Under the pieces are notes generated by a model. The model had not been told where the DNA came from and made no database searches. It worked only from the letters and a program-made list of their open reading frames with translations. A program made the translations under genes and the position numbers. A stretch of 37,628 nucleotides of DNA from the NCBI GenBank assembly GCA_904063045.1, contig CAJFCJ010000190.1:1-37628 (forward strand). Reading direction: 5' to 3'. Positions 21,269-32,780 of this stretch are shown here, piece after piece. The DNA comes from Dimorphilus gyrociliatus (Eukaryota > Animalia > Annelida). How positions within the stretch are numbered: the stretch's first letter is position 1; each line of letters starts with the position of its first letter.

Positions 21269-21718
21269 ATGGAAACTACAGACGTTTCTTTTGCGAAAGA
21301 GGCAATTAAAGAGGCCTGTAAAAGTCAATCAGAAGGTGGAATTCCAATTGGGTCAGTTGTTGTAATAGATAACAAAATTGTTAGTAGAGGTCATAATCAA
21401 AGAATTCAGAAGAATAGTTCAATTCTTCACGGTGAAATGGATGCAATTGAAAATTGTGGTAGGCTTAATCATTCGGATTATTCCAAAGCAACAATTTATA
21501 CAACGCTATCTCCATGTTCAATGTGCACCGGAGCAATTTTACTATATAAAATTCCAAAGGTTGTTTTATGTGAAAATGAAAATTTTATGGGTGATGAACA
21601 ACTTTTAAAAAGTAAAGGTGTTCAAGTTGTTAATTTGAACTTACAAGAATCCATTCAAATGATGAAAGAATTCATTCGCAATAAACCAGATTTATGGAAT
21701 CAAGATATTGGAGTATAG
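21269..21718 (+). CDS. FCY1: Cytosine deaminase, FCY1/bacterial zinc-dependent type (149 aa, intronless)
   Basis: EGGIPIGSV, RGHNQR, HGEMD (HxE), YTTLSPCSMCTGAILLY (PCxxC), ENENF, and C-terminal LWNQDIGV corresponding to yeast Fcy1 WFEDIGE. ATG at 21269. Confidence 0.92.
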   Translation: METTDVSFAKEAIKEACKSQSEGGIPIGSVVVIDNKIVSRGHNQRIQKNSSILHGEMDAIENCGRLNHSDYSKATIYTTLSPCSMCTGAILLYKIPKVVLCENENFMGDEQLLKSKGVQVVNLNLQESIQMMKEFIRNKPDLWNQDIGV

Positions 21719-21722
21719 ATTT

Positions 21723-21732
21723 GTCACGTGAC
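21723..21732. promoter_or_regulatory. Palindrome GTCACGTGAC immediately after the deaminase stop codon
   Basis: Seen directly; same motif as at 11739-11748. Confidence 0.3.
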
Positions 21733-21767
21733 TTGTGTTTTGTACTATATATATGGATATTCTAGAG

Positions 21768-21974
21768 GGGGTCGACAGAAAACGTCCACAAATGAGAAAT
21801 TTCAAGACAAAAATTTGGATTGAGAAATGGTTGGGAAGAAGAAGAGAGCAACTGATTTGTAATTAGGAGGGTCTCCTCTAAGGGTTAGGGGTAATGGAAA
21901 AGGTTAGGTACAGCTAAGGGCTGGGTTAGGGTTAGGGTAAAAGCACCAATTTGTGGACGTTTTCTGTCGCATTC
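21768..21974 (+). mobile_element. 207-bp MITE with TIRs, perfect 9-bp TSD and telomere-like G-rich interior (copy A)
   Basis: Perfect 21-bp IR CGACAGAAAACGTCCACAAAT. TSD ATTCTAGAG at 21759-21767 and 21975-21983. GGGCTGGGTTAGGGTTAGGG at 21918-21937. Confidence 0.95.
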
Positions 21975-22285
21975 ATTCTAGAGGACTGCAATAGCGATAA
22001 CAGACCTATTTCATTGGCCTTTGATTAATGCAACAATTGTTGAAATTTTATAATGAAGATGTTAAAAATTTAAAAATGTAAAAATATCAACAAAAAGATA
22101 AAGCATTAAATTATTCAAAAAACTTGTAATCTTGTAATTCCTACTTGTATACATTAATAACCATCGTAAATAATGGAAAACATATTGAACGATGTCATTC
22201 CTAATTAATTGAATTAATATAAAAAATGAACAAATTTTTTTTGTAGTTTGTGTTTTTAGTTTAAACGAAAAAGAACTGTTCAAGT

Positions 22286-23806
22286 ATGATAGGCAATCTC
22301 TTTTTTATCTTATCTCTACTAAGATTCTTACACTACTCTTCTTCAAGACCGAATAGTAAGAAGAAATAAATGCTATTCAGTTTCTTTGTCATAATTTAAA
22401 TTTTTTAATTTAGTTTGTTTCACTGAAGAGATTGATAATTTTAAAGTGGTGGATAATCATTTACAAACAATATTGTCAATATCTGTTGAAGAATGTAAAT
22501 TTCAATGTATTGATAATGCAAATTGCAAGTGAGAAATATAAAATATTTTATTCAGTTTACTACAAGTTTATCTTTTTGTAGGTCTATTAATTACAATAAA
22601 AGTTCATCAGATTGTTACCTAAACTCGGAAGATAGATATTCATCGAGTGGAAATTTTATCGAAGATACTCAAGTTAACTATCTAGGACCGAAATTTGGAG
22701 CTTGCGGTAAAGAATACGAAAAATCAATAGAAATGTATATTTCACTATTAACATTTTCATTTAACAATTCAGATACTGTGATCAATCCAAAGGAATGTGT
22801 AAATCTGTCTAAAACAATGTGTGGTACAACTGATACTGATAACGCTCATTGTAGAGCTTACGGATGCTGTTTTTCAAATGGAAAATGCTATTACGATGAT
22901 ACATATTTACCTGGATTTTTAAAAGTTCGAAGACATTTTAAACATTTCAATACATTAGCGATATTTAGCGCAATTTCCTTAAAAGATTGCGCAAGAAATT
23001 GTCTTCAAAGGTACAGTTGTAACTGTTTCAATTATAACGAGATTACAACTGTTTGTCGATTGACGTCTGAAGCCTGTAAACAAATTAATACAGTGTCTTT
23101 TTCCCGCAATTACACATATCATAGATTGGCATTTAAGTCTCTAACTTGCTACGATGCAGGCTGTTCGCAGCAAACTTCCACCACCGCTCCAGTAGGCGGA
23201 TTACGAGATTGCAGAACCAAATGCAACAACAACGTCAATTGCGAAATGACAATGTTTGTTCCTGATCAAAGATCTAATCAGTGTTATATAGTGACATCTT
23301 CAACATCATTGTGCAATTTTAAAGAAGCAGCGAGTGGAAAATTTATCGTTAAGCATTCATGTTTGATTGGACCAATTTTCGACGATGAAAAACGTACTAA
23401 AAGTCAAAAAATACAAAGAATTACGGACGATGATGATGATAACACTTGTATTACTTTGGAAACGGGTAAAATTTTTAATCTAAGAATTCCTTGGCCCTCT
23501 GTCGATGGAGAATTGACGAACTTTCTTATTCGAATTAAAGGTGACAATTTACAAGAATGTATTAATGTTTCAAAAGGCCTTTCAGCATCTGGAATACTAG
23601 CTTACATTCCGATTGATATTCAACCGAATCCAGTTTTCCTTGGAACGCATCTAGCCTGTAAATTGGTTGATGGAGACAATCATATATCGTGTACATACTA
23701 CTGCATTTGCGAAAGTTATTACTGCGAAGCTGTATATATCAAAGCTTTTGCCGAAACCGAAGATAATATGAAGATATGCCATTATAATCTAACAAATACA
23801 CTGTAA
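22286..23806 (+). CDS. Secreted PAN/apple - trefoil (P-type) - PAN - PAN protein with a Cys-rich C-terminal domain
   Basis: Exon 1 MIGNLFFILSLLRFLHYSSS (ATG 22286, donor GTAAG). PAN 1 spans two exons (SVEECKFQCIDNANC/RSINYNKSSSDCYLNSE). Six-Cys trefoil CVNLSKTMCG...CRAYGCCFSNGKCYY. PAN SLKDCARNCLQRYSCNCFNYNEITTVCRLT. PAN-like GLRDCRTKCNNNVNCEM...CYI. No disruption seen. Confidence 0.82.
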
Positions 23807-24199
23807 GTATCAAGTGACAATGTAACAATCAACTTCAACAATAATAAATATTGTTATAGTAATAAAATATTTGGGTCAGCAGTAAATCTAGGCCAATTGA
23901 AATAATTAAAAAATCACGTCTTATGCGATTATAGTAAAATATTAGAAAAAATTAAATTAAACTTTAAAAAAAGTAAGAATATTTTTGTGGTAATGAAAAC
24001 CATAAAATCGATATATGATTTCTTCATTTTTTGAAACAATGATGGGAAATTCAGTACATAACTTTATTAAAATATTATATGCTTTAAGTTTCTTTCTTCT
24101 TTCCCTGTCAGACTCTTTATTACTATATTGCTATCGTTTATCCAATTTTCAAATGGTTCTTTTTATTGTTATTTTACATCCAATTTTATCAATTGAATA

Positions 24200-25760
24200 C
24201 TGAGGAAAGAACGTCAAATATTACGTTTTCTTTACAACGTACACTTCTAATAAAGATGCACAGAATGAAGGAAATTAAAAGCCCGATTTGGAGGGAATAC
24301 AACAGATTTTTATTATTATATGAGAGTAATATTCCAACTATCTGGCTTACCAAGTTCTGTCTTATGGCTGGTTTCAATTTATAATTTCTCACAATTATAT
24401 TGTTTGTCCCTTTCTACATTCTAGTAGAAATTTAAGATATTTAGACATTTCCTATACAAATTTAACAATTGTAAAAGGAATTATTTTGAAAATTTAAAGT
24501 TTAAACACTTTAAATATTTCAAAATGTAAATTTGAAGAGCAATCATTTAAATATTTAAATAATCTTGATTATCTTTACATCAACGAATCGTATGTTCCAT
24601 TATTACAATTAAGGAATAGTCTATTAGGTTTAGTAAAGATTAGGAGAATTTTTGGGGATAAAAATTCCAGTTTTGCTGTCTAGTATGGAAAAATATTGGA
24701 AAACATGTCAACTGTTCGCCATCTTTACAAACATTGTTCAGTTGCGATAGATTATTAAGTTCACATTTGATAAGACTTATCCTTTGGTTTTTGGGGTGTT
24801 GGTGTATTTGAAAATCTTTTATCATTTATTTTCAATATAAAATTTGCTAAAGAGCTTAAATATTATCAATTACTTTTGAGATTTGGTGATTTTTGTATAT
24901 CTTTCTATATTCTTATCATTGGTATTGTGGATATGCACTTTCCAAATTCCTATCTGGAAAATGACGATACCTGGAGAAATGGCTCACTTTGCCAAAGTTT
25001 AGGTACATTTATGACATTTTCATTGGTGCTATCTACTTTTAGTACACTACTCATCACATTGGAGAAACACCAGGCTGTTGTTTGTCCATTTGACAAATCA
25101 ACTTTTCAAAAATACGTCCCTTTCCTTATTTCTTCATCAATAATCTTTTGCTTGGCTATATCGATAATCCCATTAGCCTATAATCCGGTTAGTAAACAAG
25201 CTAGGATGATTAGCGAATTAACTCAACACTTTAACTTTTAGATAATTTACAATCATACTCCAATCTGTTTTTATGTTCATATGAGGAAAGGAAGAGCAAG
25301 TGATTGGATAGTATCATTCATACTCTTCAGTATAATTACACCATGTATAAGTTTAATAATTGGTTTTTTATATAAATATTACTAGAACTGTTAGAGTATC
25401 TTTTAGAAGATTAAATAGTAGCCAAAAGAGCGATAAAGGGAAAGAATTAAAAATTAGTATTTTACTTGCTACCGTTTCAAATGTTATTGTTGAATAGTTT
25501 TTTCAATTTTAGGTAAAATAAAAATAAAAAATATTTTTGCAATTTTTTCTTTTATGTTTTTTCTTTCTATAAAAAATGAAGGAGTATCTTCTTTTTTCTA
25601 TGATATTGAAATGAGTAATCAAAACATGACTTTAATCATTTCGCTTCTGTTGCCGTTAAATTCAATTTTAAATCCATTTCTGTTTGGGATTAATGAATAT
25701 TTCAGTTATAAAAGGAGATTCAGAGAGGATAGGTTATACCTTTATCATATAGACAAGTGA
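24200..25760 (+). pseudogene. GRL101-like LRR-GPCR fragment (LRRs + 7TM), multiply frameshifted
   Basis: NLRYLDISYT LRR; FCCL...NCSP...SCDRLLSS hinge; LILWFLG; WRNGSLCQSLG; LITLEKH; HTPICFY; LLPLNSILNPFLF. Several frameshifts and stops; no LDLa region upstream. Confidence 0.8.
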
Positions 25761-26153
25761 AACCATCCAATGTATTCTTCTCTAGAAATGAAATGATAAA
25801 AACTGTTAAAAGTATAACAGCTGCAGTAAGGATGACTCATGCTCATAATTTTTCATTCAATGGCCAATTTTCAATAAATTCCTTTTTATGGAAGTAAATA
25901 TTTGATGAATACTTGTTTAGATAAATACATAAAATCTTCTCTTTTTTGTTTTTTTTACGAGCTTTCAACACATAAATACATTTTTAACATTGGAAACATT
26001 TACGATAAGACAGAACGCAATGAACAAAATAGATATATTTTCACTAGGTACATTTTTAAAGAAGCTTCTAGAAAGAAAATAACAGGCAAAAATTACTGCA
26101 GTTATAGAAAGTATAAAAAATTAAGCCTACTTCCAATAAATAAATTAAAATTA

Positions 26154-27749
26154 TTAAGCGAGAACTTGCAAATTTGCATAATTCTTTAAAATATTTTTAA
26201 TATTTTGAATTTGACTGAAAGTTAGTAAACAAAATCTAAAATCAACAAATTTTAAGTTATATCCACAATGAAAAAGACAATTAAAAAATGGTAAAAATTG
26301 ATATTTTATTAGTCTATTCTTTTGAAAATTAACTGTTTCAAGTTTTAAGCAAACTTTGAGCATATTTCTAATAGTTTGAAAATTATTTATAGTCAATTTA
26401 CATTTACTGAAATCAATGTGTTTTATTGTTTTTGATGATTGAGCAAGTCAATCACAAATGTCTATTAATCCATTCTTCATATTTCTATTACCGCTTAAAT
26501 TTAATGTATGAATATTAGGACAATTGTTTATTAGACATCCAATGCTTGAACAGTGATTTTTATTCACATTACAATTCACAAAGCAGATAATTTGAATTGT
26601 ACTCAATGACTGAACTAGTCCATTGCAAATTCTTAAAATTCCATTATTCATATGTGTTGAATAGCTTAATTTTATTTTTTCAATTTTACAACAATTTTTC
26701 AAAAAATTTTCAATGTAGACGCGTTGAATTTCGTTCAATTTTCTTGAACCGAATTGAAAGTTTTTTAATGTGTGCAACGACTGATCCAAACCTTTACAAA
26801 TTTCTGTTAGTTTATCACTCAGCCTACTGTTTCTAATTAGAGAAATTTTCTCAAGTTTTGCATGATTGTCATCCAAATTACAATGAGCGAGAATAAGTCT
26901 TTCTGAACTACTCGATGATTGGACGACGCCTTTGCAAATGTCTATTATACCATTTCCCATATTTTCATTTCTACTTAGATTTAATATTTGAAGCTTTGAA
27001 CAACTACTCAACAATGTTCCCAAATTTTTACACTGATTTTCCAATAGATTACATTTGCGTAAAAAGATTTTTTTTAAACATTCCGATGATTTAATCAATT
27101 TGATAAAGATATTTGATAATCTATCTCCAATCCTATCATTTCCGGTCAAAGAGATTATATCAATTTTTGTACAATTTTCAAACCAATTTTCGATACTACT
27201 ACATTGATTGTCGTCTAAATCACACTAACTTAGATTAATAGATTTCAAACTATTGGAAAATTGGATGAGGCTTAGCGAAGATATTTGATAATCCACTCAC
27301 CATTTTATCATTTCCCATTAATTGAATTATTTCTATTCGTTTACATTTAATTAATATATTTCCAATATATCTACACTGACTTTCGGTTAAATAACAATAA
27401 GGGAAACTAAGAGATTTTAACGTAGTCCATCACAAATATACATTAAGCTTTACTGGTATTCTTTTCCTCACATAGACTGAATTTTTCAATTTTATGACAA
27501 TTTTTCAACATATTTCCAATATTTAAACTTTGTTTATCATTGAGAGTGCAATTTTTAAATTCTATAACTTTCAAATTGACTTTAAGTGACAATTTTATAA
27601 ATGAAATACAAATTTTTGACAATCCATCGTCTATTTCTATATTTTTATCATCTCTTAAATTTAATATTTTATCTTCATATTTCAATATTTCATAACGTAT
27701 ATTCTTATTTAAGAACAAAGGAACCCACTGGAGTGTTAATTGAAGCCAT
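26154..27749 (-). pseudogene. Ribonuclease-inhibitor-like LRR gene, disrupted paralog of 29440-30960
   Basis: Same repeat (CSKLQILNLSRNENMGNGIIDICKGVVQSS). ATG 27749 is frameshifted near 27720, frameshifts and stops occur at 27150-27440, and TGA at 26448-26450 is in frame with the 26154-26396 ORF. Confidence 0.8.
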
Positions 27750-28464
27750 GAGTTTTTTTGTTACTGTTTACTTTTACCACTAACCTTTGGTAAACACGTT
27801 GCTGGGTGGTTATTGCGGCAAAATAACCACCAGTCTATAATTATACACAGTATAAAGACCCTAACTTTAATCTCAGTCGTCGCCTAAATATTAGTTTACA
27901 ACTAATTTATCTTCGTTTTCGTACATTTCACGACAAAAAATGGTATCCAATTCTATTATTTTTGTGCATTTTTGTATTAAAAGCATTGTGACTCGGAAAG
28001 GATACCCCTAGTCTAATTCTCTTGTCAACTTCCTCACGGTTCAAATCAAGTATATCTTAAAACTTCTTATTAAAAACGTACGTTATCATATTAATCAATA
28101 ATTATAACTTCTCGTAGCTATTGATATTTGAGTACTGAATAGCTACGTCAAGAAAATGGACATTTTACCATAGCTATTATTGACAATAAGTTATCAATTT
28201 TCTTTAAAAACTCTTATCCAAGACATTAAAAGTTTGTCCAATGCTTTTTCTAATACAGGTAAACAATTCTATATAGACAAATGACTATTAATATTCTTGT
28301 CGTAGACATTAATTGTATTTTTGAAGACATTCTTTGTGCTTAAACCCATCTTTACATTATTTATATTGTATAGAGGATAAATAGATACAGGACAATCATT
28401 AATAAACAGTATCAATGACTTACAGAGGAGGGTAAGGAATAGACTCACTCTCTATACAAACTCT

Positions 28465-29015
28465 TTATACAAACTTCAGACATTCAAATTTTCTCTTCTC
28501 TTGACAGTTGATTACTTTATGCTTCAGTTTAGAATCTTGTCTATAGCTGGCAATACAATTTCTATTTTCATTGTTTTCATCGCCTATTTTGGATTTCAAT
28601 GTTTGGGATTCAATGTTAATCAATTTTCTTTCATCCTTTGACCATTCAAAACTATAAAACTCCAAGTTTGAATGTCTTCCTCTAATGTAGCTGTGAGAGC
28701 TTGAAAAGTACTCATTGAACCGCCAAATTTATAGAAAGGTATATAATTATAATAGTAGCATCTGTTAAAAGCATCCTTATGATTTGATAATTGATTAACA
28801 ATTATAAATTTAACACCATTATCTGTATACTCATTTGATACTGTTAAACTTGGAATGCTTACCACTTCCGGTAATGGAGTACTTGGAGTGCTTGTATGAA
28901 AATTTGCATACTCTGGATGTAAATTTGAAATTATTCCGTTAAATATTCGAAATTCAACAGATGAATAAATAGAAATTAGAAGAATAAACAAAAATATATT
29001 CGCTCTCTTCTTCAT
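28465..29015 (-). CDS. Secreted single C-type lectin-domain protein, intronless, with one 1-nt frameshift near 28660
   Basis: Signal peptide MKKRANIFLFILLISIYSS and a T/P-rich linker. CTL N-half FIIVNQLSNHKDAFNRC; C-half FEWS...NCIAS...INCQEKRKFEC. One extra T in a T-run joins the two ORFs. Confidence 0.65.
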
Positions 29016-29439
29016 CTCTCAACTACCAACAACGCTTCTTATTTCTAAGCAATTCTAGTATTTAGGATATAATACTTGTTTGACTGATCGATTTTTCATG
29101 GAAAGAATAAGTATTGACATCTCTATCTTAGTGTTCAGCCAATTGTATAGTATGAATTTTAGTGATCTGGCAGGGAAGGTAATTAATTATTAAATGTCTA
29201 TTATAACAATTTACTAAAGAAATTAATTGTAATTAAAAGTTTTCTGGGAAAACTAGTTAACAATGAAAAAATATGTCTACTTCAAGCTGATTGGCTAAGA
29301 GGGATTCTTATGATGGTTTAGACAGATTAGTCGATTAGGATCTAATGTTTCTTTCAGAATAAAACTACTCAGAATAATCCAAAAGTTAAATAGCTAAGTA
29401 GTGTTTAATAAATTTTTTTCATCTGACAGTGTTTGTACA

Positions 29440-30960
29440 TTATATGTCAATTATACTGGGGTACAGTAGATTTCTTATCTTCTCCTTATCTTTTTCACAA
29501 GATATAGACTTCTTCAAATTCATTTTCTTTACAGTTTTTGATAGTCGAAGACAATTGCAAATCTCTAATAATCCAAGATTTCCAATCATCCAATTCCCTT
29601 CAAGATTAATTGTTTCTAGTTTAGAGCAAATTTGAAATAGATTTCCAAGATGGCGGTATTGTTCTTTTTGTATTTTGCACCAGCTTAAATTGATATGCAT
29701 TAAAGTATTCGAAGAGTGGATAAGTCCGTTACAGATACTTTCAAGTCCATTTCCTATATTTCCATTCCAGTCTAGGTTAATAGTTTCTATTTTCCAGTAA
29801 TTTTTCAACAAATTTCCTAATCCGATGCATTGCGTTTCGTTTAAGTCACATGACCAAAGGTTGATACATCTTAAACTATTCTGCGAATTAAGAAGACCTT
29901 CAAATATATCTAATAACCCATTACCCATGTGATCATTTCCTCCTAATTGGACTGTTTCTATTTTTTTGCAATTTTTCAATAGACTTTCAATTTGTCTACA
30001 ATGATTTGGAGTTAATTGGCAATATCCAAAGTTGATAGATTTTAAACTACTGGACGATTGAACAAGCCCATCACAAATGTAGAATAATCCTTTTCCAGAA
30101 AAAGGATTCTTTCCTAGAACTATAGATTCTATTTTGCAGCAATTTTTCAACAGTTTTCCAAGATGTCTACAACAATTTTCATTAAGATCACAATCATGGA
30201 GATTTATCTCTTTTAAATTGTTTGCCGAATGATGCAATCCTTTACAAATGTACTCGATTCCATTTCCCATATTGATGTTATTTGAGAGGATTATTGCTTG
30301 TATTCCAGAACAGTTTTTCAGTAAATATTCAATCATTTTACATTGATGTTCATTTAAATTACAGAAAATGAGACTAATATTTTTCAAATTGTTCGATGAC
30401 GGAATGAGTGCATTACATATGTTTAATAATCCATTTCCCATTTCCTTATTCCAGCTTAGATTTATTTTCTCTAATTTTGAACAGTTGTTCAATAAAAATG
30501 CAATCATTTTACATTCTTGTTCATTAAAATCACAATATTCAAAATTAATTTCCTTTAAATTATCTTTTGATTGGACTAGTCCATTACAAATGCTATTTAA
30601 CGAATTACCAACATTTGCAATCCATCCAAGTTTTATTGTCTCAATTTTTGAACAGTGTTTGAACAGATTTCCCAGACTTTTACACTCTTCTTCCTCTATA
30701 GTAAAACGTTGGAATTCAACAGTCTTTAGAGAACTTGTTGAAAAATTAAGTCCTTCGCAAACTTTTGTTAATCCTTTCATCATATTTCCAATCATGTTTA
30801 GCTGTATTATTTTAATGCTTGAACACCACTTTAACAAATTAGCAAGTATTTTGAATTCCTCTTCATTAAATTTACAATATTTTATACGAATATCTTTTAA
30901 ACTACTTGATGATTTCATAAGTCCTGTATAGATTTTTGATAATCCATTTTCAACGTTCAT
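29440..30960 (-). CDS. Ribonuclease-inhibitor/NLR-type LRR-only protein (506 aa or more)
   Basis: Intact ORF of about 8.5 tandem 57-aa units (e.g. CSKLEKINLSWNKEMGNGLLNICNALIPSSNNLKNISLIFCNLNEHQCKMIEYLLKN). The frame stays open upstream to about 31048, so the true start may be in a further exon. Confidence 0.85.
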   Translation of the reverse strand: MNVENGLSKIYTGLMKSSSSLKDIRIKYCKFNEEEFKILANLLKWCSSIKIIQLNMIGNMMKGLTKVCEGLNFSTSSLKTVEFQRFTIEEEECKSLGNLFKHCSKIETIKLGWIANVGNSLNSICNGLVQSKDNLKEINFEYCDFNEQECKMIAFLLNNCSKLEKINLSWNKEMGNGLLNICNALIPSSNNLKNISLIFCNLNEHQCKMIEYLLKNCSGIQAIILSNNINMGNGIEYICKGLHHSANNLKEINLHDCDLNENCCRHLGKLLKNCCKIESIVLGKNPFSGKGLFYICDGLVQSSSSLKSINFGYCQLTPNHCRQIESLLKNCKKIETVQLGGNDHMGNGLLDIFEGLLNSQNSLRCINLWSCDLNETQCIGLGNLLKNYWKIETINLDWNGNIGNGLESICNGLIHSSNTLMHINLSWCKIQKEQYRHLGNLFQICSKLETINLEGNWMIGNLGLLEICNCLRLSKTVKKMNLKKSISCEKDKEKIRNLLYPSIIDI

Positions 30961-31779
30961 CCTATCGATTTTTAGCGAGTTTCTGCTGTCTTTCCTCTGT
31001 TTAAGATCGAAATAATTAGTAGATTCTTTGGCTGACTTGTATACATTCTATTTAAATATAAACAGTGTTTTATCTGTAGTTATTACTTTTTGTTTTGTTT
31101 TTTCTTACAACCTGGATACATACATGTCTGCTATTGAATTTAGACAAAGAAAACTGGAACGTTTTTTTTAAATATAATTCCAAATACTTAAGGGTGTCCA
31201 TAACTCTTTCTAAAAGTAGAAGTTTATATTAACGTTTATAAATATCGTGGCTATGCTGAGAAAAAGTTGAGTAGTAACCTAATTGAATCTAGGCCTAGTA
31301 TTGAAACTGAACTTGGTGGCAACTGTTAAAAATCTTTATATAAATCATGATAATAAAATGAATTTGTGTAGAATTTTGGTACAATTTTTAGGGAGTGTAG
31401 GCTTATTTGTTCTTACATTAAGTCTTTCCATTATTTATCAATAATGTTATCTTTTTCGCAAGATGCACATAGAGACAAGAAGTATTTATATTTTTCCCTG
31501 CTCTTCTCCATCACACCTACAAAATGGCTGAGAAATGTATTCTATTGCTAGAGAATCTCTATACAAATGGTAAAAATGATGTCATCATGGCATTTGAATT
31601 TGAATATGGTAGAAAACGGCAAGAGCATTGATTGAAAATGTCCAAAGATCTATTTTTTTAAATAAAATATTACGGTCACCTTGAAAATTCTCGCCGCCAT
31701 GCTGTATTTTTAACGGTACACTGTAGGCCTATATTTTTATCATTAAGAGAAAGTGAATTAATGAAGGTACTGTCCCTAA

Positions 31780-32480
31780 AACTTTCTCAACTTACAAGCT
31801 CTGAATGAAAAGCTATTGAGACTTTAGTTATGGGAAAGTATGGATGACACTATAAAGCAGAGAGTAATTATTCAATTACTTGCATCACAACAAGTTATTG
31901 TAATCAATTTCATTACAAGAGATGAATCATGGGTATTCTATCATGTCATTGATTAAAAGAGCTTCTTTAGAACACCATACAAAACTGTCACCACCACAAA
32001 AAAAGGTTAAGGCAAGTAAATTGGCACACAAACCAATGGCTTGTGTGTTTTGGGATAGGGAAGGGCTTATTCCCCTAGAATTTCTAAATTCACATATCAG
32101 AATAAATTCAGAAATTTACTTTAATATTCTAAAGCAATTAAAACAAAGAATTAATAGAATCAGGCCTAATAAAGAGGTGATTTTTTTGCAAGACAATGCC
32201 AGATCTCATACCAGCCTACAAACTAGCCAATATCTTGCAACAACGGGATGGATAATATTGCCTGATTCAGCCTCTTGCTCCATCAGACTGTTATCTTTTC
32301 TGGAAATTAAAGGACCATCTTTGTGGACAGATATTTGAAAATGATAATGAATTGAAAACAGCAGTAAGGGCATTTTTTTGGTCCAAGTTGCATGAATATT
32401 TTGCCAAAAAAATAAAAACTAGGGACCAGGACATTTTGGCCAATTTTATAAAATTTAGACCTAAGATGTTGTGTCTCACT
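31780..32480 (+). mobile_element. Degraded mariner (Tc1/mariner DD34D) transposase remnant
   Basis: FITRDESWVFY, MACVFWDREGLI, IFLQDNARSH and LAPSDCYLFWKLKDHLCGQIFENDNELKTAV across frameshifts. TIRs not identified. Confidence 0.85.
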
Positions 32481-32780
32481 TGAAGCTATTTCTTGTACAA
32501 AATAATTGATAAATGTGATAATGATGATGTTTCATTTTTTAAAGGATTATGGATTACAACTTTAGGCCTTCTTTTCAAGATGAATTTATAGATTGAATGG
32601 AAGAAAAGTAATGAATTGAAATACTAGAAGATATTTATTAATATTCTGAATCAACTGCAGAAATAGATAAATAAAAGTCTTAAAAGAAAAAAGAAAATGT
32701 TTGCAATAGAATTCTGTGTTTGTCAATTTATTGATTATTTATCTTAAATACTTTTTTCAAACAGTTATAGATAGGCAATC

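Noticed and set aside
21880-21945. TTAGGG repeats as a true telomere or chromosome end
   Set aside because: Only 2-3 perfect units, enclosed by TIRs and TSDs, so they are part of a MITE.
21000-21990. Deaminase captured in a Pack-MULE
   Set aside because: The adjacent MITE has its own complete TIR pair and TSD, and no matching TIR was seen upstream of the gene.
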